A stretch of 59,750 nt of DNA, the filler included. It is 3 parts of 3 records of this genome, joined end to end, with 100 filler letters (N's around TTAATTAATTAA, not from the genome) between each part and the next. Parts side by side here need not be neighbours in the genome. Positions count along the whole stretch, not along the records: positions 30,185 to 50,613 come from DRR378314_59; positions 50,714 to 59,750 come from DRR378314_75; 1 more part is not named here. One strand, 5' to 3'. Shown here one piece after another: positions 49,230-58,931 of the stretch (positions within the stretch are counted from its first letter, which is position 1; every line of letters starts with the position of its first letter). The notes below the pieces were generated by a model. The model saw only the letters and a program-made list of their open reading frames with translations, was not told the DNA's origin and did no database searches. Position numbers and translations under genes: made by a program.

Positions 49230-49868
49230 ATGTGGCTTACTAAAAAAATAGAGTTTCCATCAGTTGAAACTACTACAGAAGAAGGTGTTATTGCTTTGGG
49301 AGGTGATTTATCTATAGAAAGATTAATATTGGCTTATCAAAAAGGAATATTTCCTTGGTATTCTGAAAATGAGCCTATTATTTGGTATTGTCCTTCAAAA
49401 AGAATGGTGCTTTTTCCTGAGGAGTTAAAAGTTTCTAAATCTATGAAGAAGATCATTAAAAAAGGGAATTATAAGATTACAGAAAATAAAGCTTTTGAAG
49501 AAGTAATATTTAATTGTAAGCACATTATTAGAAATGATGATTTTGGAACCTGGATAACAGATGATATGGAGAAGGCGTATATAGATTTAAATAAAAAAGA
49601 ACTTGCAAAATCTATAGAAGTTTGGTTTTATAATTCGAACACAAAAGAAGAAGTATTAGTTGGAGGTTTATATGGAATAGACTTAGGTAATGGTGTTTTT
49701 TGTGGAGAAAGCATGTTTAGTTTAATTAGCAACGCTTCTAAAATTGCTTTTATACATTTAGTACAACATTATGGTTATAAACTTATCGATTGTCAGGTAT
49801 ATAATGATCATTTAGCAAGTTTAGGAGCAAGAGAAATTTCTAGAATAGAGTTTTTAAAGATGTTATAG
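49230..49868 (+). CDS. aat: Leucyl/phenylalanyl-tRNA--protein transferase
   Basis: GGDLS, AY.KGIFPW, GTWIT, VGGLYG, FCGESMFS, ASK, IDCQ and HLASLGA motifs. ATG at 49230. Confidence 0.96.
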   Translation: MWLTKKIEFPSVETTTEEGVIALGGDLSIERLILAYQKGIFPWYSENEPIIWYCPSKRMVLFPEELKVSKSMKKIIKKGNYKITENKAFEEVIFNCKHIIRNDDFGTWITDDMEKAYIDLNKKELAKSIEVWFYNSNTKEEVLVGGLYGIDLGNGVFCGESMFSLISNASKIAFIHLVQHYGYKLIDCQVYNDHLASLGAREISRIEFLKML

Positions 49869-49897
49869 AAATTTTATCACCTAATATTATGAAATCG

Positions 49898-49905
49898 TAT
49901 CTTTG
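49898..49905 (+). promoter_or_regulatory. -7 promoter element TATCTTTG for the MazG-like gene
   Basis: Exact TAnnTTTG match. Confidence 0.65.
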
Positions 49906-49925
49906 AACCCATAAATTGATTAATT

Positions 49926-50252
49926 ATGAGTATTAAAGCTACACAGAAGCAAGTAGATGATTGGATTCAAAACCATGGAGTTCGTTATTTTAACGAATTA
50001 ACAAACATGGCTCAGTTAACAGAAGAAGTTGGAGAAGTTGCAAGGATAATAGCACGTAGATATGGGGAACAAAGTGAAAAAGAATCTGATAAATCCAAAG
50101 ATTTAGGAGAAGAATTAGCAGATGTATTATTTGTAACCTTGTGTTTGGCAAATCAAACAGGAGTTGATTTACAAGCAGCTTTTGATAAGAAGTTAGATAT
50201 AAAAACAAAACGTGATCACGATAGGCATCATAACAATAAAAAATTACAATAA
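49926..50252 (+). CDS. MazG-like nucleotide pyrophosphohydrolase (YpjD-like)
   Basis: LTEEVGEVAR and EELAD motifs. Confidence 0.93.
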   Translation: MSIKATQKQVDDWIQNHGVRYFNELTNMAQLTEEVGEVARIIARRYGEQSEKESDKSKDLGEELADVLFVTLCLANQTGVDLQAAFDKKLDIKTKRDHDRHHNNKKLQ

Positions 50253-50500
50253 TGACACTAATTGAAAAGTTAAAATCTCCATCTTTTTGGAGTAATGTTT
50301 TAAAAATAGCTATCCCATTTTTTATTCTGGTAACAGTAATTTCGTTGTTAATGAATAGCTGGAGAGATATTTTTGCAGGTGATTTTGATAAGGTAAACGA
50401 ATTTAATTTTGCAGATGGAAAGTGGCAAAGATTTTGGGGATTTAAATTAGTATTAAGCTTTGTCTATGCCATTTATATTTCATTAAGAAAGACTAAATAA
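50252..50500 (+). CDS. Hypothetical two-TM membrane protein
   Basis: TAATG coupling with the upstream gene; two hydrophobic segments. Confidence 0.75.
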   Translation: MTLIEKLKSPSFWSNVLKIAIPFFILVTVISLLMNSWRDIFAGDFDKVNEFNFADGKWQRFWGFKLVLSFVYAIYISLRKTK

Positions 50501-50613
50501 TGAATACACGAAAAATACTACCGCTATTAATATGTCTTTTTGCTTTTGTTATTTCAAACGGGCAAAATAAATCTTTTACTCTAGATTTAAATCAAGATAA
50601 AACGAGATGGCAA
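50500..50613 (+). CDS. 5' fragment of a secreted protein gene, truncated at the spacer
   Basis: TAATG-coupled ATG; MNTRKILPLLICLFAFVISNGQNKSFTLDLNQDKTRWQ (signal peptide); frame open to the gap. Confidence 0.65.
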
Positions 50614-50713
50614 NNNNNNNNNNNNNNNNNNNNNNNNNNNNNNNNNNNNNNNNNNNNTTAATTAATTAANNNNNNNNNNNNNNNNNNNNNNNNNNNNNNN
50701 NNNNNNNNNNNNN
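50614..50713. other. Artificial contig spacer (44 N + TTAATTAATTAA + 44 N)
   Basis: Identical to the spacer at 30085-30184. Confidence 0.97.
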
Positions 50714-50828
50714 GGCTTGCCCTGAGGTTTAATAACTTTTATTCTTTACAGGAATGCTCTCTAGAAATTTATTTCAGCATTTGGCCCACTTTCTTTGGAC
50801 ATACAGCCATAAGCAGTAACACCTAGGA

Positions 50829-51944
50829 TTAGAATATTTTTTGTGTTGTTCCCTTCGGTTGCAAGGAATCACTGGTAATCACTTCAAAGTCTATTATGCC
50901 CAAAACCAATTCTTCCTGTGTAAGCACCTCCACTTTCCACAAACCTTCCACTAAATTGTTTTTAAAGGTATAACCGCGATAACCGCCATCGCGGCCTCCG
51001 GTAATGTCATAGCCGATATCCTCGATAATCTCCCATTCCCGGGTTGCATTATTAAACCATTTCCAGCGATGAAATACCGATTTCTTTAAACTGGTAGGGG
51101 CAAATATGGATGAAAAAACATAGACATCTTCATTGGGCTTCTGTATGAATTTTAATCGATGCTTTCTCCAAAATACATACCATTCATCAGTTTCATAGGT
51201 AACAAGGTAGTTGTTGTTTTCTACCTTTACTTGATGGGCAACAATACCATTGCTCAGGGCAAGAGGTACTGGCGGGATAAGTCTGAAAAAATAGAATATG
51301 TTGATCATAAGGTAAATGGAAAATACTATTCCGATGAGTTTCCCAAGATGTATTTCCGATCTTGTACTGGGACTTGCACGATAAATAATAGTGATTAACG
51401 CTAAGGTTGAAAATAAACTCAGGAGACCCGAGAATATAAAAATATTGGGACTCATTTCCTTGATCAACACCGGAATCATAAATGTAAAGAAGGTAAAACT
51501 GATAAAGAAATATACACTGAACTGTAAGTACTTATTGGATATCCTTTTTTTTAGAATTTCATTCGCAAATAGTAATACAAGGAGTATGATCAGAAAGAAT
51601 ACTGTTTTGGACATGGACACACTGCGGGAGTAATAAATTACATAGGCACTGGACAGTCCGCCGAAGAAAAATTGAATGGCCAAAGGATAATATTCTTTGA
51701 ACTTTTCGAGTACGGTATTGTTCCATTTACCATCATCAGCAAGGTTATAGAGGTATAGCGTAATGGTCAAGGAGGTCATATGCAGGCACAGTACGCTTAG
51801 GTCATATAGCCTGTCTATGCGCCCTAAGGTAAGGGTGTCAAATATAAACCCGCCAATGAAAAATAGGATGGGAGCATATTTTTCATGTTTTCTTATGAAC
51901 CCTCGCAATCGGCTATTCCTAAACTGTACCAAGCTTCTTTTCAT
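50829..51944 (-). CDS. DUF2914-domain membrane protein
   Basis: GF.FD.LTLGRID, QFFFGGL.S, IPPVPL, FSSIFAP, GGRDGGYRGYT and G.WKVEV motifs. Confidence 0.85.
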   Translation of the reverse strand: MKRSLVQFRNSRLRGFIRKHEKYAPILFFIGGFIFDTLTLGRIDRLYDLSVLCLHMTSLTITLYLYNLADDGKWNNTVLEKFKEYYPLAIQFFFGGLSSAYVIYYSRSVSMSKTVFFLIILLVLLFANEILKKRISNKYLQFSVYFFISFTFFTFMIPVLIKEMSPNIFIFSGLLSLFSTLALITIIYRASPSTRSEIHLGKLIGIVFSIYLMINIFYFFRLIPPVPLALSNGIVAHQVKVENNNYLVTYETDEWYVFWRKHRLKFIQKPNEDVYVFSSIFAPTSLKKSVFHRWKWFNNATREWEIIEDIGYDITGGRDGGYRGYTFKNNLVEGLWKVEVLTQEELVLGIIDFEVITSDSLQPKGTTQKIF

Positions 51945-52068
51945 CGCATTGTTAAGTGCCTAAAATTATATCATTAAAAGGCATTGCAATGACCCGTATC
52001 AACAAGTTTTTGCTTCTACTACTTTTAGGGTTAATGTAAATAAATTTTAAGATATAATTACTGGTGCC

Positions 52069-53181
52069 TTATTTTCCACCGTACAACTTGTAAACTTCAG
52101 AACCGGCGCTTAGAAATGCTCCCGTACCATAAACTTCCGTTTTGTCGGCCCAGGCCTTCCCTGGTGCGGCTCCAATAGGCTGAACATAGCCCAACATGCC
52201 TTCGTTGGTAACATGGCCCACCAAGGCGTTCCATCCTTTTTTTACAGCAGTGGTATAGGCGGCTTTATCCAATATTCCCTGGTTTATGCCCCAGGCCAAA
52301 CCGTATACATTAAAAGCGGTTCCACTGGTTTCCGGAGTAGGGTAAAATTTCTGCCCCAATAAACTCATGGCCCAATGGCCTTCGGGAGTTTGTATTTCCA
52401 GCAATTTGGCAGCCATTTTTTTGTAAATGTTCAGGAAATATTTGTATTCCTTGCTCTGCGGATCCAATTCGTTCATGACATTAACGAGTCCGGCAAATAC
52501 CCAGCCGTTACCCCTTGCCCAAAATATTTTGGTACCGTTGTCCAATTTGCCCATATAACTTTCGTCCCTGTAGTAAAGGCTTTCCTTTTTATCGAACAGG
52601 AAATCGGTAGTGGCCTTGAATTCCGTCATCATGAAATCGAGATATTTTTTTTCACCTGTAACATTGTACAATTTTGCCCAGACCGGTGGGGACATGAAAA
52701 GGGCATCGCACCAATTCCAACGGTCCTGGTGATAGGGAGTTTTCCAATGAAGTGAGCTTAGAGAAGGATGGTACATGATAAAATTAAACTGTTCTTTGGT
52801 GGGTTTTATCATTTGCTTGTCCTGATATTTTCTATACAGATCAATATATAACTGACCAACGGTATGATCATCTGCATGGTATTTTCTACGGTGTAATTGC
52901 CATTCATGCTTTTGTCCAATGTCTTTTAGCCACTCATAATATTTGTCATTATCGGCCAAAGCCGCCCATTTTACCATACCTACGTACAAGGCGCCATTGG
53001 TCCAGTCCAATGGGTGGTGCGGTTTATCATGTCCGCTGTAGAGCCCTTCGTAATTGTCTATCTGCCAGTCGGCCACTTTCTCCATGACCTGTAGAACTTC
53101 AGTCGGCTGTATATCCTGGGCTTTTGCAAGGGTGGTAAACGCAAATACTAAAAACGATGTAAAAATGGTTGCTCTTCTCAT
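52069..53181 (-). CDS. GH105 (GH88/105) unsaturated rhamnogalacturonyl/glucuronyl hydrolase
   Basis: Signal peptide; DWTNG, HADD, WCDALFM, FWARGNGW, ETSGT and YGTGAFL motifs. Confidence 0.92.
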   Translation of the reverse strand: MRRATIFTSFLVFAFTTLAKAQDIQPTEVLQVMEKVADWQIDNYEGLYSGHDKPHHPLDWTNGALYVGMVKWAALADNDKYYEWLKDIGQKHEWQLHRRKYHADDHTVGQLYIDLYRKYQDKQMIKPTKEQFNFIMYHPSLSSLHWKTPYHQDRWNWCDALFMSPPVWAKLYNVTGEKKYLDFMMTEFKATTDFLFDKKESLYYRDESYMGKLDNGTKIFWARGNGWVFAGLVNVMNELDPQSKEYKYFLNIYKKMAAKLLEIQTPEGHWAMSLLGQKFYPTPETSGTAFNVYGLAWGINQGILDKAAYTTAVKKGWNALVGHVTNEGMLGYVQPIGAAPGKAWADKTEVYGTGAFLSAGSEVYKLYGGK

Positions 53182-53449
53182 TGTTGGTTTAAATTTTTAT
53201 AGTTGATCATTGGTGTTTTAGAATAATAAAAGGCTTCCAATTTAGCATATCCAATGGCTTTGGATATTCAGGGAAACCTATTATTACTGATATCAGTTAT
53301 CAATAATAGTAAATATTTAGTTAAAATCTTTTTAATTAAATGAATAATATGTAGGTAAAATGATAATGATACAATTTTAGGTAAAATACGGTCTAGACAT
53401 TAATGGAGGGAATAGGGCAGGGCACCAACCATTGAAGCAAGGGAGCCTG

Positions 53450-53851
53450 TTATTTGGACTTATTGGCTAGGGCTGTTAAAACAGACATTGCCTTTTCGGA
53501 ATCCTTTGTATCCACAAAAATATGGTCGTGATAATAGCCGGCTATAACATTACAGCTTATATCATTTTTGGCCAATGCTGTAGAAAACACCGCAGTAAGA
53601 CCTACTGCATCCAATGAGGAATGAATTTTTAAGGTAATCCAAGAGGCCACATATTCATAGGGTAGTTTTAAGTGGTCGGCTTTGCTCTTTTCGATTACTA
53701 CAGTAGTTCCTTCCTTTTCCTTTATTTCACAAAGAGTATCCTTTCTTTCAATATCATCCGTGTTTGGTACTGTAGAAAATACGTATTCCCCTGGGTTCAT
53801 TTCAGGGGACATTTCCTGTATTAATTTGGATATGTTGGTTTCCCCACTCAT
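53450..53851 (-). CDS. ACT-domain protein (DUF2241/ACT_7)
   Basis: MSGE, EKEGTT, HSSLDAVGLTA and SCNVIAGYYHDHIFV motifs. Confidence 0.92.
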   Translation of the reverse strand: MSGETNISKLIQEMSPEMNPGEYVFSTVPNTDDIERKDTLCEIKEKEGTTVVIEKSKADHLKLPYEYVASWITLKIHSSLDAVGLTAVFSTALAKNDISCNVIAGYYHDHIFVDTKDSEKAMSVLTALANKSK

Positions 53852-53875
53852 TTAATTAGTCATACTTAATATAGA

Positions 53876-55045
53876 TCAAACATTGAGTTTATGAGCCATT
53901 TTTTGACCCTTCAGCGCCAATTCCGTAGCAAGGAAACAATGTTCCTGTGTCATGGCTGTTTCGGTACGGTGAACTACATCGTTTACCAATTGTTCGCCAT
54001 AGGGCATATAGATATTGGAGCAATCGTAATATTTGGTTCCTTTTTGGTTTACTAAAAATAGGTGATTACCCCCCTCTTTGCCTGCAATGTCGATGTATTT
54101 TCGCATTTCAATATAGCCATCCGTACCCAGAATAAAGGTACGCCCATCTCCCCAGGTACCCAGTCCCTCCGGTGTAAACCAGTCGATTCTGATGTATCCG
54201 GTAGCGTGTGCACTTCTTACGCTCATATCGCCAAAATCCTGGTATACGGGGTTGTCGGAGTTATTAAAATTTCCTATTTGGGAAAAATTGACATCCGCTT
54301 GTTTGGAGTTGGTGTAGAATAGAAATTGATCACATTGGTGCGAGCCTATGTCACATAGAATACCTCCTGCTTTTTCGGGGTCGAAAAACCAGTCGGGACG
54401 CGATTCGGGTCGCATTCGGTGCGGTCCCAGCCCTATAGTTTGTACCACCTTTCCTATGGCTCCGGCACTGACCAATTCCCCGGCTTTTACAGAGGCCGGA
54501 TTACCTAAACGTTCACTATACACTATGGAATAAATGCGCTGCGTTTCCTTTTGTACTTTTTTTACTTCCTTCAATTGTTCCAAAGTAAGAATGCCAGGTT
54601 TGTCCGCCATAAAATCCTTTCCGGACTGCATTACTCGAATGCCTATCGGAGCCCTTTCTATGGGAATGGCAGCGCTGGCCACCAGCTGGATTGAATTGTC
54701 CTCAATTATTTCATTTTCGCTTTTTGCAACTTTTACCTTGGGGTAGCGCTTGGTGAATTGCTGCAACAATTCGGGCTCCTTGGCATAAACGGCTACCAGA
54801 CTTCCACCACCGTTGATTAGAGAATCTACCATACCATAAATATGGCCATGGTTTAACCCTATTACGGAAAACCTAATGGATTCTTTGGTGTTGGAAGGCT
54901 TATTGGGCTGCAATATAATTTCTTCAGGCCTAGAGGTATTATGTAGGTTGTGGCCAAAAATGTGGGTCGGAATCATAGCGGTGGCTGTTATTCCGGCTAA
55001 GGAGGCAAAGGATTGGCCTATAAATTTACGTCTGTTGGATCCCAT
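53876..55045 (-). CDS. Gfo/Idh/MocA oxidoreductase with Tat signal
   Basis: ATG at 55045, NRRKFI twin-Arg; IGLNHGH, ADKP, GGILCDIGSHQ and GTDGYIE motifs. Confidence 0.92.
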   Translation of the reverse strand: MGSNRRKFIGQSFASLAGITATAMIPTHIFGHNLHNTSRPEEIILQPNKPSNTKESIRFSVIGLNHGHIYGMVDSLINGGGSLVAVYAKEPELLQQFTKRYPKVKVAKSENEIIEDNSIQLVASAAIPIERAPIGIRVMQSGKDFMADKPGILTLEQLKEVKKVQKETQRIYSIVYSERLGNPASVKAGELVSAGAIGKVVQTIGLGPHRMRPESRPDWFFDPEKAGGILCDIGSHQCDQFLFYTNSKQADVNFSQIGNFNNSDNPVYQDFGDMSVRSAHATGYIRIDWFTPEGLGTWGDGRTFILGTDGYIEMRKYIDIAGKEGGNHLFLVNQKGTKYYDCSNIYMPYGEQLVNDVVHRTETAMTQEHCFLATELALKGQKMAHKLNV

Positions 55046-55252
55046 ATGATTGATTTTTAAATTAAATAAATAGAAATATAATAAGAAAATTTTGCAAATT
55101 TTAAAAAAAGGGCAATCCGTTCCCATTTAGGGGTAGTAAGTAATTTTATTTATAAGAAATTCAGCCCTATTCATGGCGCTATGATATTTATCATTTAAAA
55201 TAACCCGAGTATTGGATACTTTTAGATTACTGTAATTCAAAAATTGAGTCTT

Positions 55253-55576
55253 ATGTCTAAAATTAACAATAGTACAACTAAAAAAATTTACTGGATTTTA
55301 ATAATCCTATCGATAGTAATCGGTTTTGTTTTTTATGGTACTTTGAAAGACGAATTTGGTCTGCCTTTCCTTATTTTTTTCTCTGGTGTCCCTTTTTTAT
55401 TATTCGTTACAGGGAGTTTTGGTTTAATGTGGCCAAAAATTAAACCGGCAGGGGACGAAGTGTATATTAGTCATGCCTTGTTAATAGGGCTTCTTTTTAT
55501 TATTCTATTTTTTATTCATGTTTGGATTATTTTACCCCGTATCTGTCCAGATTTCGGAGCATGTTTAGGTGTTTAA
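55253..55576 (+). CDS. Hypothetical three-TM membrane protein
   Basis: ATG at 55253; three hydrophobic segments; C-terminal CPDFGAC. Confidence 0.7.
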   Translation: MSKINNSTTKKIYWILIILSIVIGFVFYGTLKDEFGLPFLIFFSGVPFLLFVTGSFGLMWPKIKPAGDEVYISHALLIGLLFIILFFIHVWIILPRICPDFGACLGV

Positions 55577-55854
55577 TTTCAAAATTGGGCATTGGGAGGG
55601 AACGTTTAATAAATAATTATGAACTGATTATCTTTTTTAACTTGACTTTAATTTTTGGTATATGCCAATAAGGGAAGCAAGGAAAAACGATTGAACGATG
55701 ACCTTCAGCTACCATAACCTACCATAACCTATTTCATAGTAGCGGTCTGCAATATTAAATGATGCAATTTATGTTAGAAGGATTAATGATGGATTTGGGA
55801 AAGGTCATTATTATGGATCAAATTGTCATAGGTATAAATATTAGTTTTTAAGGA

Positions 55855-56868
55855 CTATCTCCCATAATTGCCCTGAGCATATGAGGCCACAATACTACTG
55901 TTCGGAGTTTTGCAGTTCGTGGGAAAGTCGAAAAAATAAATGCATTTGGGCAAGCCATTGTTAAAGTCGATTTGCACCCAACCTTTACTGCTGCTTCCAA
56001 AACCTGAATAACTATAATTGGCCTTTACTGATTTAGGCCTCCCTTCACTGTCTTTGGACAGTATGGAAACAGCGGAAATACTTCCCGGGGTATAACGATT
56101 GAACGACCAGGTTTTGGATTGGTTGGCTACCAGGTCATCTATCAACTTACTATAATCCTGGGATCCCGTAGGTCCCCCAGATTTTTTCATGGCGGCATAT
56201 TTGCTGCTGCCCTCCATGCGGATCGAAGGTTTGTTCAGGGCAAAGAGTTTTAGGTTTTCTTCAAATCTTCGAACACCGGGACTATTACAGCTGTTAATCT
56301 TAAAAATTTGAAGCATATCATTTTTTAATCCTTTGGCTTGATGCATTAAATCTACTGAATTGCCCATGGCATTTGGGTCCAATATCATGTCCATTGTAGT
56401 ACGCACGGCATCGGCCTTTTGGATATTTTCAACTTCTATTTTGGCGTTATAAAGGTCTGGGCGAGCAAAAAGACCTGTGCCTACCCATTTATATTCAACA
56501 CAAACCCTACTAAGCACATCTCCATAGATGTTTTTGGAAACCTCTTCTACGGCACATACCTGTTCCATAATCTCCACCTTGTCATCTGGCAGGTAACTTG
56601 GACATTCTCTGCCAAAGGCCCTTAAGTATTGTTCAAATATCATAAGGAATCGCATGTCCTCACGTTTTAATTCAATATTTTCAAAATGACCCCTAAAGAT
56701 ATAATCGAAAAACTCGGCATTGTACATGCCATCGGTATTAAATACCAATGATTGCGGGGGGATGCCCCCTTTTTCTGAAGGTTTAGGTGTTGAATGCTTA
56801 AAAGAAGAAAAATTAACGAATAGAAAACCTAGGAACAAGATCCGTATAAAGTAATTGCTTTTCCACAT
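55855..56868 (-). CDS. Hypothetical secreted protein with six Cys
   Basis: ATG at 56868 followed by a signal-like segment; long ORF with contig-typical codon use; no family recognised. Confidence 0.7.
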   Translation of the reverse strand: MWKSNYFIRILFLGFLFVNFSSFKHSTPKPSEKGGIPPQSLVFNTDGMYNAEFFDYIFRGHFENIELKREDMRFLMIFEQYLRAFGRECPSYLPDDKVEIMEQVCAVEEVSKNIYGDVLSRVCVEYKWVGTGLFARPDLYNAKIEVENIQKADAVRTTMDMILDPNAMGNSVDLMHQAKGLKNDMLQIFKINSCNSPGVRRFEENLKLFALNKPSIRMEGSSKYAAMKKSGGPTGSQDYSKLIDDLVANQSKTWSFNRYTPGSISAVSILSKDSEGRPKSVKANYSYSGFGSSSKGWVQIDFNNGLPKCIYFFDFPTNCKTPNSSIVASYAQGNYGR

Positions 56869-57067
56869 GTCAAGGTTTGGTTGTTTTTGGACGAAAGGCC
56901 CCAATTAAACGACTGATTATATGATAAATATACAAATAATCATAAATTTAGAAAATCCTACAAGCTATTGTTTTGATGCGGATTTTTCCATTTTATAGAA
57001 TACAACTATTCTATGTGGTAAAACATAGTTTCCATGTAACTATACACGTGTATTGGGACTTTGTAAA

Positions 57068-57505
57068 TTACAAATTGGAAATAGGGTACTTAAATAAAAT
57101 ATACTCCCCTTCATTTGATGTTCCTTCGGATACCGCTACCCATCCCGACTTCAAATAGAAATGGACACCTGATTTATTTTGTTTCAAACATTTTAAGCTA
57201 AGGTCAGAATTGGCTTTTTCAATGATTTTGTTCAATAATATGGAACCAATACCTTTACGTTGATAATGGTTGGATATATAAAGATGGTGAAGGAAGCTGT
57301 CCTGAAACCATAGGGAAGCAAAACCAACTATTTCTGCTCCCACCTTCGCTACCAAAATGTATTCTCCTTCGATGTCTTGGTTAAACGAAGATTTGTCTAC
57401 AGAATCTTTGGGCAACCATGTAAAGGTAGTATTGCGAACTTCAAAATAAATTTGTTGGAGCCGAGTTCTATCGTTTTCCTGAAAATCTGATATCTCCACT
57501 TTCAT
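57068..57505 (-). CDS. GNAT family N-acetyltransferase
   Basis: IVGFAS, LHHLYI..YQRKGIGS.LL and N..G..FY...GW motifs. Confidence 0.92.
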   Translation of the reverse strand: MKVEISDFQENDRTRLQQIYFEVRNTTFTWLPKDSVDKSSFNQDIEGEYILVAKVGAEIVGFASLWFQDSFLHHLYISNHYQRKGIGSILLNKIIEKANSDLSLKCLKQNKSGVHFYLKSGWVAVSEGTSNEGEYILFKYPISNL

Positions 57506-57553
57506 ACCTATAAGGGGTAATATTTATGTACAGTAGTAGCCATTGGTCCAAGA

Positions 57554-58783
57554 TTATCCAATAGTTTTCAAAGAAGCCGTTTTGTTTTCTTTCTTTAAAA
57601 AATGAATCAGGAACAACATAAATGCTGCACTGGATATGGCCAATAGGGTAATGATATTCCAGGTAGACGTATATCCCAAATTCGCCACTAAATTCATTCC
57701 GATGCTGTGACCAAAAATATGGGCTATGGAGAAGGAAATGGAGTAATAGGCCATGTATTGGCCTTGGTTTCCTTTTGCGGATCTATTCAGGGCCAAGGAA
57801 TTGGAGAACGGGAATACGATCATTTCTCCAAAGGACATAAGAACCATTCCAATAACCAGGACTCCTATCCATCCGGTAAGATTGATTGCAATGAAGCTCA
57901 TTGCTGTTAATAGCACCCCAATGAGGATGAGTTTGGACATACTATTTTTACTACTTTCCAACCATTTGATCAATGGCATTTCAAAAATAAAAATAAGAAA
58001 GCCGTTCAAGCCTAGGAGCAGGCCGATCTCTGCCTCCGTTAAATGATGCACATCCTTATAAAAAAGGGGAAGGGTAGATAACAATTGAAAGAATGCCAGT
58101 CCAAATAATGTCATGCCAATCAAAAGAATCATAAAGGCCTTATCTGTATAGGCTTCTGCGGGATTTACCACCTTAACCTGCTCAATAACCTTTGCTTTCC
58201 TAGGATTAAGAATTTTCAACAATAACATTCCGGCAATAAAACAAGTAATGCCATCTATCCAAAAAAGTCCCCCATAACTTAGGGTAAAAATAATAAGGCC
58301 TCCCAGGGCAGGTCCCGCAGAAAAACCCAAATTAATGGCCAACCTGATCAGGGTTATGGAACGCGTTCTATTTTCTGGTTTGCTATAGGAGCTCAAGGCC
58401 ACAAACATGGCCGGACGGAACATATCGGCTATGGCCATTAGCATTAAGACTCCAACACAAAAACCAATAAATGTTGTTATGTATTGTAAGAGGATAAACG
58501 AAACTCCTGAAGCCAATAGACTTATTACCATAACCTTATAATAGCCTATTCTATCCGTTAACTTTCCTCCCAACCAAGAGCCGATAACAGACCCTAGGCC
58601 AAAGAGTGCCATGATCCACCCCACATCCGAAAGGCTGAAGTTCAAACTTTGGGTAAGGTATAGGGAAAGAAATGGTATAACCATGGTACCGGCCCTGTTA
58701 ATAAGTGTAATAAGTGACAGCCACCACACCTCTTTGGATAGTCCATTAAAGGTGTTAAAATAACTGAATACTAATTTTTTCAT
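57554..58783 (-). CDS. MFS transporter
   Basis: About 12 TM helices; motif A GGKLTDRIGYY; NLGFSAGPALGG. Confidence 0.95.
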   Translation of the reverse strand: MKKLVFSYFNTFNGLSKEVWWLSLITLINRAGTMVIPFLSLYLTQSLNFSLSDVGWIMALFGLGSVIGSWLGGKLTDRIGYYKVMVISLLASGVSFILLQYITTFIGFCVGVLMLMAIADMFRPAMFVALSSYSKPENRTRSITLIRLAINLGFSAGPALGGLIIFTLSYGGLFWIDGITCFIAGMLLLKILNPRKAKVIEQVKVVNPAEAYTDKAFMILLIGMTLFGLAFFQLLSTLPLFYKDVHHLTEAEIGLLLGLNGFLIFIFEMPLIKWLESSKNSMSKLILIGVLLTAMSFIAINLTGWIGVLVIGMVLMSFGEMIVFPFSNSLALNRSAKGNQGQYMAYYSISFSIAHIFGHSIGMNLVANLGYTSTWNIITLLAISSAAFMLFLIHFLKKENKTASLKTIG

Positions 58784-58931
58784 TTAAAACATTCATTTTT
58801 AATCTCAATGGTGATACTAGTATAATCCAACATTGGTGATAGATACTGTGTAAATGTTACAGATTATTGTCCCAATATTATACATTTGATTCCTTGTTCC
58901 AAGCAAACCTAGCATATGGACATGGGTTATT

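Noticed and set aside
49926..50613. MazG-like gene plus small membrane gene as a toxin-antitoxin or anti-phage module
   Set aside because: It is a housekeeping YpjD-type pyrophosphohydrolase in core context, with no toxin or antitoxin motifs.
55709..55731. CTACCATAAC tandem duplication and a possible degraded minus-strand reading frame at about 55638-55770
   Set aside because: Only two copies (slippage-like); the surrounding frame has several stops and no recognisable homology.
333..58046. Short ORFs overlapping known genes (e.g. 333, 3638, 4285, 5431, 11734, 13655, 18545, 19591, 23956, 26566, 27517, 31626, 34539, 34746, 37647, 42828, 43906, 44091, 47983, 48658, 49990, 51159-51963, 52375, 53947-54746, 56419, 56973, 57707, 57753)
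   Set aside because: Antisense or off-frame shadows of well-supported CDSs, with no motifs or expression signals.
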